From: a virus
Virus record (IMG/VR): IMGVR_UViG_3300045988_138221
Location: 1 to 21,809 of that record
Direction: 5' to 3' (one strand)
DNA length: 21,809 bases
A model generated the notes under the pieces. It had not been told where the DNA came from and did not search any database. It saw nothing but the letters and a program-made list of their open reading frames with translations. Both the position numbers and the translations under genes were made by a program. The stretch's first letter is position 1, and the number at the start of each line of letters is the position of its first letter. Shown here one piece after another: positions 9,549 through 15,560 of the stretch.

Positions 9549-10193
9549 ATGACGGTTCAAAATTTGGAGCTTGATTTTTCTCAATACGAAAACAAAAGCC
9601 TTTATGAACAAGCAAGAAAAAGGGTTTTGTACCAATATTCGCAAAAGCCGATATTTCTCAAAATCATCAAAGCCTACATGGAAGAAATCCAAGAGCTTTA
9701 TAAGGCCATAATTGACCTTCAGAAAAGAAGTTTTATCTTTTATGGTAAGGGCGAGGACTTAGACCTTATTGGCGAGATTTTGGGGCAAAAAAGGGCATAT
9801 TTCAACTATGATACATCTTTCTGGTTTGCTCCAGATGATGAAACTGCTCCGGACAAAGGCTCTGCTTGGGTAAAGAACGCAGAACAAGCCGTTATTGAAA
9901 ATATGAGCGATGACATGTACCGCCGCTATTTGTGGGGCAAGGCACTCAAAAACCACGTCAAATTTGCATCACGAGAAGAACTGCAAAGAATTATATTTGA
10001 GATTATGGAAATTTATGTATCTTTCTCCGATGCGGACAAATGCGATGTAGATTTGATTGTTCCGGCATCCATAAGCAAGACCAACAAAAACTACCTCACA
10101 TATTTTGCCGACAACAACCAAGTTGACCAAACGGCAAATATTCCGTATCCTGCAACTATGAACATAAAAAATGTTATTGAAAGAAAGGGCTAA
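9549..10193 (+). CDS. Baseplate/tail-fibre attachment protein, P2 gpI / XkdU-like (214 aa)
   Basis: GGGAG SD. Follows J. The segment ...GEDLDLIGEILGQKR... resembles gpI-family proteins (recollection). Confidence 0.55.
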   Translation: MTVQNLELDFSQYENKSLYEQARKRVLYQYSQKPIFLKIIKAYMEEIQELYKAIIDLQKRSFIFYGKGEDLDLIGEILGQKRAYFNYDTSFWFAPDDETAPDKGSAWVKNAEQAVIENMSDDMYRRYLWGKALKNHVKFASREELQRIIFEIMEIYVSFSDADKCDVDLIVPASISKTNKNYLTYFADNNQVDQTANIPYPATMNIKNVIERKG

Positions 10194-10196
10194 AAA

Positions 10197-10730
10197 ATGG
10201 CTATACAAAACAGAAACACAACGCTGCCGGGTATTTGGGCATCAACTGCACAGACCACCATTCCCACACCGCCGGTTGCCGGAGTAACATACAGAGATAC
10301 AACGCTGAACTCCACAGCCATTGACAAAGCATGGCCATTCAAAACAATTGTGGATAGCTCAGACTTTAACCAACACGCATTTTTGCAAGACACCCTCATC
10401 AAAGAAGCCGAGCAATATGGTGTCATGCGTTGGAACAATACCACCACTTACAAAGAGGGCGGTTTTTGCTTAGGTCAAGACGGAAAGCTCTATCAGGCCA
10501 AAAGAGATAACCAAGGCAAAGAACCAACCGCAAGCTCTGATGATTGGGGAATATATGTTTTGTTACCAGACCAATCAGGGCAATCGGGGAAATTTCTTAC
10601 AACCAACGGAACAAATGCGAGCTGGGGTAATGTTGATTTGTCAGTTAAAGCCGACAAAAGCATGTTCCAAACAGTTGACAGTCTTCCATCGGCTCCTACA
10701 AATGGTGTTTACTATTTTGTTAAGGAGTAA
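10197..10730 (+). CDS. Tail fibre protein (177 aa)
   Basis: First gene after the baseplate genes. The motif GFCLGQDGKLYQAKRDNQGKEPTASSDDWGIY resembles carbohydrate-binding tips common in fibre proteins. Confidence 0.6.
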   Translation: MAIQNRNTTLPGIWASTAQTTIPTPPVAGVTYRDTTLNSTAIDKAWPFKTIVDSSDFNQHAFLQDTLIKEAEQYGVMRWNNTTTYKEGGFCLGQDGKLYQAKRDNQGKEPTASSDDWGIYVLLPDQSGQSGKFLTTNGTNASWGNVDLSVKADKSMFQTVDSLPSAPTNGVYYFVKE

Positions 10731-10732
10731 AA

Positions 10733-11878
10733 ATGCCTATTTATTACGGAAATTCTAAAATCAAGCAAGTTATAAACAGCGACCTCATAAAATATTATAA
10801 ATATGTTTATGGCAGTTGGGGTATGCCTATTTTGGGCGAAAACGGCACCGTCGGCGGCGGCAATTATGCTGCCCGCGCTTCAGGACAATATGACAAAAGT
10901 AGTGTAGCGTTTAAAGCATTTGACAATAATCCGACCACATACTGGGAAGCTGCTGCATATAGCTTAAATGAATGGGTGGAATTTTATTCACCGGTATTGT
11001 TAAGGCTTTCTTCAGTTGATTTTAGGAATCGAGATTCCTATTATAAAAGTTATACTGTTTGGCGGTTATGGTGCTCTAATGACGGCGTGAATTATACTGC
11101 AATTAAAGATTTCCCCTTGGGCAATAATTCAGCAGGTGCGGCGTGGTCACACGTTTTTAATCTTAACGCTAATTATAAATTCTTTAGATTTACCTGCGGA
11201 GCGGGTGGCGATGTTTCGACGTCTTCACAAGGCCGAGTGTCTTTTGCTGAAATAAAATTAAATGCCCAGCAGGTTATCCGTATTGACGAAGTAAGCAAAA
11301 ATGACAATTATGACTATCGCGAACTTAACCAGATAGCAGAGGTTTATAACGGGTCTAGTCTGGTTTTTCTTGTCGGCGGAAAAATAGACTACACGATAGA
11401 CAATCCAGGCTCTTCAACAGTGCACGATTTTGACATTCACGCCCCGGGGGTCTATAAGCTCTGGTTAGTTAGTGGGGGGAACTCGTATCGCTGGTGCTAT
11501 ATCGGCTGTAACTGTGCAGGTTCTGGCGCTGGATTCATCGGCAAATTATATTTTAAGCAAAAGTGCCATTTACGTTTAACCGTCGGCGGCCAGCGTGAAG
11601 ACAGCCGGCTGCAAGTTGCAGAGTGGGGCAATAAAGCCGTATGGTATGATTTGGTTGTTGCAACGTCGAGTAAAGACAACTGGTCGGCAGACCCGCGCGG
11701 CAGCGTCGGCACAATTACGGTCAACCGTTCCAGCACTTTTAACACATTCTTTGATATTGAGTTGGAGGCAAACGGCAACGGCGGCAGCGGTTCTAACGGT
11801 GCATCGGTATGGAACGGATATGGTTCCGGTGATAAAAATGGTTATGGAAGATTACAATTTGTAAGGAGAAATCAGTAA
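10733..11878 (+). CDS. Tail fibre / receptor-binding protein with a discoidin (F5/8 type C)-like domain and a glycine-rich C-terminal domain (381 aa)
   Basis: AAGGAG SD. AFKAFDNNPTTYWEAAAYSLNEWVEFYSP ... WRLWCSNDGVNYTAI matches the F5/8-C signature. The C-terminus CAGSGAGFIGKLY...LTVGGQ...GNGGSGSNGASVWNGYGSG resembles glycine-rich fibre domains. Confidence 0.65.
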   Translation: MPIYYGNSKIKQVINSDLIKYYKYVYGSWGMPILGENGTVGGGNYAARASGQYDKSSVAFKAFDNNPTTYWEAAAYSLNEWVEFYSPVLLRLSSVDFRNRDSYYKSYTVWRLWCSNDGVNYTAIKDFPLGNNSAGAAWSHVFNLNANYKFFRFTCGAGGDVSTSSQGRVSFAEIKLNAQQVIRIDEVSKNDNYDYRELNQIAEVYNGSSLVFLVGGKIDYTIDNPGSSTVHDFDIHAPGVYKLWLVSGGNSYRWCYIGCNCAGSGAGFIGKLYFKQKCHLRLTVGGQREDSRLQVAEWGNKAVWYDLVVATSSKDNWSADPRGSVGTITVNRSSTFNTFFDIELEANGNGGSGSNGASVWNGYGSGDKNGYGRLQFVRRNQ

Positions 11879-12306
11879 TGAAATACGGAAAAATTGTCAA
11901 CGGAGAAATGACGTTTAATCAGGAAAGCCTATATATCGACTGGATGGGAGATGATTTTGAAGTTAACAAATCCAGAATGCAGGAGCAGGGCTATAAACCG
12001 GTTAAAGAACTCGGTAATAAACAGCTCTATCACGACTGCGACGGTGAATATACTTTTGAATTTGTTGACAAGGGGGATTATATTGAAGAAGTAGCCGTAT
12101 ATCATAAATATCCCGATGAAAAGCTTAATCAGCTCATCGAAAGCCGAAGAAAAAGAGCATATTCACAGAATACTGACCCGCTGACCCTCCGCAAAATTCG
12201 CAAACAGGCTTTAGGAACTTGGACTGATGAAGACGAGGCCGAATATGTCGAACAGATAAAAAAAATGTCAGAAGATATAGACACCGGCAATCCGTATGTA
12301 GAATAA
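11878..12306 (+). CDS. Putative tail-fibre assembly/chaperone protein (142 aa)
   Basis: TAATG coupling to the fibre gene and an AGGAGA SD. Size and position fit a Tfa-type chaperone, but sequence resemblance is weak. Confidence 0.45.
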   Translation: MKYGKIVNGEMTFNQESLYIDWMGDDFEVNKSRMQEQGYKPVKELGNKQLYHDCDGEYTFEFVDKGDYIEEVAVYHKYPDEKLNQLIESRRKRAYSQNTDPLTLRKIRKQALGTWTDEDEAEYVEQIKKMSEDIDTGNPYVE

Positions 12307-12320
12307 AAGGGATATAAACA

Positions 12321-12431
12321 ATGAACGAGCTTGAAAAACTTATCGCATTATCCAAAGTTGTAGCCAAGCCATGGGTTATTGCCACATGGGTTCTTGCCGG
12401 TTTGTTGACATATTATGCGGTTAGTGTATAA
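12321..12431 (+). CDS. 36-aa tail-anchored membrane peptide (MNELEKLIALSKVVAKPWVIATWVLAGLLTYYAVSV)
   Basis: Not in the ORF track because it is under 60 aa. AAGGGA SD lies about 9 nt upstream. One C-terminal hydrophobic helix. Last coding sequence before the non-coding island. Confidence 0.4.
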   Translation: MNELEKLIALSKVVAKPWVIATWVLAGLLTYYAVSV

Positions 12432-12453
12432 CTTGTATTGAACGCTTTACAAA
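12431..12453. repeat. Hairpin family copy A: ACTTGTAT-N8-TTTACAAA
   Basis: TTGTA (12433-12437) pairs with TACAA (12448-12452). Shares the ACTTGTA...TTTACAA stem sequence with copies B and C. Confidence 0.5.
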
Positions 12454-12480
12454 TCAACATTTGTTGTTTGTGAAAATTAT

Positions 12481-12555
12481 GGCAGGATAGAGCAGTAGTA
12501 GCTCGCTTGGTTCATAACCAAGAGGTCGATGGTGCAATCCCATCTCCTGCAACCA
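12481..12555 (+). tRNA. tRNA with CAT anticodon (Met or lysidine-Ile), 75 nt with encoded CCA
   Basis: Hand fold: acceptor GGCAGGA/TCCTGCA with a G1xA72 mismatch, D arm GAGC-AGTAGTA-GCTC, anticodon arm CTTGG-TTCATAA-CCAAG, variable AGGTC, T arm GATGG-TGCAATC-CCATC, then A-CCA. The D loop lacks GG and T-loop position 55 is G, which fits the atypical tRNAs often seen in phages. Confidence 0.75.
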
Positions 12556-12694
12556 ACATTGTAGCCGGATGTTACTTCTGCCTTTGGCTACCTTTTTGAA
12601 AGTGCAGAACCGCTAGTCTTGTTAATTGTCTTAAGCGGCCTTGAGGGTGAAAGTGTTTCTTTTTTTGAGATGACACGGAAGAATTAACACTTAT

Positions 12695-12779
12695 CGGGAG
12701 CGTAGCTCAGTGGTAGAGCTTTTTCTGGCCAGAGTTAACAACGTGTCTGTTGGTCGTGGGTTCGAATCCCGCCCTCCCG
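12695..12779 (+). tRNA. Aberrant tRNA-like gene or pseudo-tRNA (His-like 3' half, oversized central domain)
   Basis: The 5' part is canonical: GGGAGCG-TA-GCTC-AGTGGTA-GAGC. The T arm is canonical: GTGGG-TTCGAAT-CCCGC, followed by CCTCCCG. However, 36 nt (12720-12755) lie between the D and T stems where about 23 are expected. No standard 5-7-5 anticodon arm could be drawn. Confidence 0.5.
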
Positions 12780-12872
12780 TTCAAACCACCAGCTTGACGG
12801 ATTTCCGTTTTAAGGTCTGCGGTTCGTCAGGGCTTCTTGGTTCAGATGACATTAAACGGCAACCAAGCAGCG

Positions 12873-12896
12873 ACTTGTAACCTGCAAGTTTACAAG
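12873..12896. repeat. Hairpin family copy B: ACTTGTAA-N8-TTTACAAG
   Basis: CTTGTAA (12874-12880) pairs with TTACAAG (12890-12896). Loop is CCTGCAAGT. Confidence 0.55.
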
Positions 12897-12903
12897 CTCC
12901 GTT

Positions 12904-12934
12904 CTTCCGAGGTGCTAAATCGGAAGATTTTTTT
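12904..12934 (+). terminator. Rho-independent terminator
   Basis: CTTCCGA-GGTGCTAAA-TCGGAAG followed by ATTTTTTT. Confidence 0.7.
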
Positions 12935-13101
12935 GTGTATAACACACGATACACAAATTCGTTTGTGTAAAGTTTTCCGCCGTTTTTTATACGAAAATTG
13001 TAGATACCATTTTAACCAAGAGGGAAATATGGTAAGGACATAAATGTCCGGAGCAACTGTTCGAAAAATTTGATGAGTTGGTGCATTTTATGCACATACT
13101 G

Positions 13102-13126
13102 AACTTGTAAGGATTGTTTACAAGTT
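13102..13126. repeat. Hairpin family copy C: AACTTGTAA-GGATTGT-TTACAAGTT
   Basis: Perfect 9-bp inverted repeat with a 7-nt spacer. Same stem core as copies A and B. Confidence 0.6.
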
Positions 13127-13218
13127 GGCTTGCCAAAAATCTGCCAATTTTATGCTAAGACACCAAAGGCAAAACCACCTAAGATTTGATTATAAAAAAT
13201 TTTTTAGGGGGTTTTATC

Positions 13219-13773
13219 ATGATACCAATTCGGCAATTTGACACCATTCTTCAAACACAATCCTTAAACAACAAACTTTTTCAAACCTTGGTGCAAGGCT
13301 CCGAGGACACCGCCATTAAAGCAACCATTCAGCAAGACGGCAAAAACATCCAGATTGATACTAGTGCGGAGATAGAATTATCGGTTCTTTACAACGGCGG
13401 AACAACCCAAACCTACCACACCGACCAAGCAAAATCAGACTTTCCGGCAACCATAGAAAGCGATGGCACGCTCATCATCAAATTTAATGAGATGATGACG
13501 ACCGTATTCGGCACGCACAAGCTGTTTTTGAAGATTGTGGATACAAACACATCATACGCTCTTGCCATGGATTATACGGTCATTAAAAACGAAGCGTACA
13601 ATCCGCAATCAACCCCGAACAACCTACCGGCATATAATACCCTTGTTGCCGAACTTCCTAAAAAGCTCAATAAAGACTTTTCAAATTCCGATGACGTGGC
13701 ACTTAAAGCGAAGTTATCCACAATGGGCATTGGAGCAGACGAAACACCAACGCAAATAAGGGACAACCCCTAA
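13219..13773 (+). CDS. BppU-N-like baseplate/fibre protein, short form (184 aa)
   Basis: AGGGGG SD lies 7 nt upstream of ATG 13219 (the track's TTG 13186 is unlikely). IPIRQFDT...QGSEDTAIKATIQQDGKNIQIDTSAEIELSVLYNGG resembles the Ig-like N-terminal domain of BppU-type proteins (recollection). Ends ...AAC CCC TAA. Confidence 0.6.
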   Translation: MIPIRQFDTILQTQSLNNKLFQTLVQGSEDTAIKATIQQDGKNIQIDTSAEIELSVLYNGGTTQTYHTDQAKSDFPATIESDGTLIIKFNEMMTTVFGTHKLFLKIVDTNTSYALAMDYTVIKNEAYNPQSTPNNLPAYNTLVAELPKKLNKDFSNSDDVALKAKLSTMGIGADETPTQIRDNP

Positions 13774-14071
13774 AAACATTCAAAGCCCGAAGTTTACATT
13801 TAGCGTAAAGGCAAATGAAACTTACCGCTTTTATGGCAAATCGAATAAAGATGACGGCTTTTATTTGCAGACTTCAACCGTTGCAAATCCCCTTATTCGT
13901 TTTGATTATGAGTTTGAGGAACTGTCAGAAGTCACAAAATTGGCGTTAGATGATGCCTTTTCAAAAACCAACGAGATAAAGTTTGTCAAAGCGGACGGCA
14001 CAGAAATTTATAATAAAATTCTTGTGTATGACATTGACAGTGGCAAGTTCAAACTTGAGGACAACGCATAA
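13769..14071 (+). CDS. C-terminal extension of the preceding gene, reachable by a +1 shift (contains track ORF 13865-14071)
   Basis: The +1 frame is open from 13760, overlapping the upstream stop. It has no ATG and no SD before the track's TTG at 13865. The sequence reads PKNIQSPKFTFSVKANETYRFYGKSN..., which looks like structured protein. Confidence 0.5.
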   Translation, partial: PKNIQSPKFTFSVKANETYRFYGKSNKDDGFYLQTSTVANPLIRFDYEFEELSEVTKLALDDAFSKTNEIKFVKADGTEIYNKILVYDIDSGKFKLEDNA

Positions 14072-14388
14072 TGACACAGCAAATTGTAACTTTTGATGAT
14101 GAAAAGATTGCAGCCGGAAAGTTCTATGCAATCTTTGTAAACAAAGACAACGCTCCTTTGCTTTTGGAGATAGACCACATCATTGGGCTGAAGCACGAGT
14201 TTTCAAACACCAGATACTTGGAATTTGAAACCAACATCAGCAACCCAAGCGTGCAAGTGTTTGAGAAAATATCTGACAATGTTTTCAAGAAAATTGAGTG
14301 CGACATTAAGGTCAAAAATCTAGAAAGCACCAGAATTATTATGGTTGAAATGAATAAACCGATGACCGGATACGTCATCTTGAAATAG
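14071..14388 (+). CDS. Hypothetical protein of the second fibre module (105 aa)
   Basis: TAATG coupling to the upstream frame. No family recognised. Confidence 0.5.
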   Translation: MTQQIVTFDDEKIAAGKFYAIFVNKDNAPLLLEIDHIIGLKHEFSNTRYLEFETNISNPSVQVFEKISDNVFKKIECDIKVKNLESTRIIMVEMNKPMTGYVILK

Positions 14389-14397
14389 GAGAAGAAA

Positions 14398-14994
14398 ATG
14401 GTAGAGAAAAATTTTTATTATGACATGAACCTAAATGGCGGAACCATCACCGGCATTGCCGATGGTGTTAATGCAACCGATGCCGCAACCAAAGGACAAC
14501 TTGATGCACAAGACACCGCCTTGCGTGCCTATATCGATGCTGAGATTTTGGGCTTGGGTGCCTTTGTTGGCGAGTTAGACCCCTCTCTTGGTTTGCCAAC
14601 GGCAGGCTCAGGTGCGGCAGGTGCAATTGACGGCGGCGACTGGTGGTATATTTCTTCAGATGGTTCTTTGCTTGGTATTCCTGTTCACAAAGGCGACCGT
14701 TTGCAGGCTATGGTTGATAACCCGGACACAACCGACAACACTGCAGCAAATACCGATTGGAAAGTTTTGCACAGCTATCACGAAGCAGACAGCCGCTTTG
14801 CAATTAACAACTTGGCATTGGTAGCAAACACTCCCAAAAACGTAAACCACGGACTTGGATATAAGTTTGTTCACGTTTCTGTGGCAGATGCAACAGGCGA
14901 TGCCGTTGATGTTCAGGTCAACTATGTTGACGAAAACAACCTCACTTTGACAGCAAATGCCACCGTAACCGTAAGCGGCGTTGTTTCTATCTAA
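14398..14994 (+). CDS. Tail-fibre-like protein (198 aa)
   Basis: AGGAGAAG SD. The N-terminus NLNGGTITGIADGVNATDAATKGQLDAQ matches the common fibre/spike N-terminal motif (..kItnla.p....DAvnk.qld). Confidence 0.65.
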   Translation: MVEKNFYYDMNLNGGTITGIADGVNATDAATKGQLDAQDTALRAYIDAEILGLGAFVGELDPSLGLPTAGSGAAGAIDGGDWWYISSDGSLLGIPVHKGDRLQAMVDNPDTTDNTAANTDWKVLHSYHEADSRFAINNLALVANTPKNVNHGLGYKFVHVSVADATGDAVDVQVNYVDENNLTLTANATVTVSGVVSI

Positions 14995-15094
14995 GGTGAA
15001 AAGCAATGAGGGCAAAAATTAAAACGGATTTAATCCCCCACAAAACAATCCGGCCAATCTCTCTGGTTATATCTTAATTTAAGCCCTCAAAGGT

Positions 15095-15134
15095 CAGGAT
15101 ACGGCAGATTTTAAAGCTGTATCCTGTCTTTTTT
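15095..15134 (+). terminator. Rho-independent terminator ending the structural operon
   Basis: CAGGATAC-N16-GTATCCTG followed by TCTTTTTT. Confidence 0.75.
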
Positions 15135-15153
15135 ATGTAAAAGATTAGTCCGG

Positions 15154-15183
15154 TTGACAAATTCCCCGGTGTCGGTTTATGCT
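15154..15183 (+). promoter_or_regulatory. Sigma70-like promoter for the lysis cassette
   Basis: TTGACA (15154-15159), then 18 nt, then TATGCT (15178-15183). Sits between the terminator and the holin gene. Confidence 0.5.
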
Positions 15184-15217
15184 TTGACTAGGGGATTCAA
15201 TAAACCGGAGAGAAGAA

Positions 15218-15532
15218 TTGTTTAAGGATATTGGAGAAACTTTGCGTGACTACGCTATTGTTGGGACTTGTATAGGAGGCGTATCGGTGTTGATTAAACC
15301 TTTTGTATCAATAAAGCAAACGATAAGAGATGCGGTTATTTCTTTCATTTTTTCAATGTTAGCAGGTCTTTTGCTTGAATACGTTGACATTCCATACAGC
15401 GTAAAAGTTGGATTATCTGGGATTGTTGGCCTTTTTGCGGTAAGGCTTTATATGATTATTGAAAGCGTATTAAAAAAAGTAGAAGAAAACCCAGACGTTG
15501 TAATTGATAAAATAAAAAACAAGCTCGATTAG
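15218..15532 (+). CDS. Holin, class I-like with 3 TM segments (104 aa, TTG start)
   Basis: GGAGAG SD lies 5 nt upstream of the TTG. Three hydrophobic helices and a charged C-tail (KKVEENPDVVIDKIKNKLD). Immediately upstream of the endolysin. Confidence 0.7.
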   Translation: MFKDIGETLRDYAIVGTCIGGVSVLIKPFVSIKQTIRDAVISFIFSMLAGLLLEYVDIPYSVKVGLSGIVGLFAVRLYMIIESVLKKVEENPDVVIDKIKNKLD

Positions 15533-15545
15533 CTCGGGCTTTTTT
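15523..15545 (+). terminator. Weak intrinsic terminator/attenuator hairpin overlapping the holin stop codon
   Basis: GCTCGA-TTAGC-TCGGGC (6 bp including one G.U pair), followed by TTTTTTG. Confidence 0.35.
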
Positions 15546-15560
15546 GTTTTGGGGAGAATC

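Noticed and set aside
12695-12779. Interpreting the long tRNA-like gene as a class II tRNA (Leu/Ser/Tyr) or tRNA-Sec with a long variable arm, or as a tRNA with a canonical intron.
   Set aside because: Placing a 5-7-5 anticodon arm right after the D stem gives non-complementary stems (TTTTC/AGTTA and similar). No TCA anticodon is present. The extra 13 nt are far too short for a bacterial group I intron.
12837-13043. 68-aa + strand ORF inside the non-coding island.
   Set aside because: It reads straight through a strong intrinsic terminator and several hairpins, has no SD, and its sequence is Cys/Arg-rich and not protein-like.
12431-13126. CRISPR array or other regular tandem repeat.
   Set aside because: Only three stem-conserved hairpins are present, at irregular spacing (about 440 and 230 nt). 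There is no constant repeat/spacer periodicity and no cas genes.
10197-14994. Gin/Cin-type invertible tail-fibre (G/C segment) or shufflon.
   Set aside because: All fibre ORFs are on the + strand and there are no alternative fibre C-termini on the minus strand. I found no matching 26-bp inverted crossover sites flanking the region. The recombinase is more than 5 kb away.
15007-15089. 7-bp inverted repeat TGAGGGC ... GCCCTCA separated by 69 nt downstream of the last fibre gene, together with a 23-codon ORF (MRAKIKTDL...).
   Set aside because: The stem is short and the loop very long, so it could easily arise by chance. The mini-ORF has no SD. The adjacent CAGGATAC/GTATCCTG terminator explains the region.
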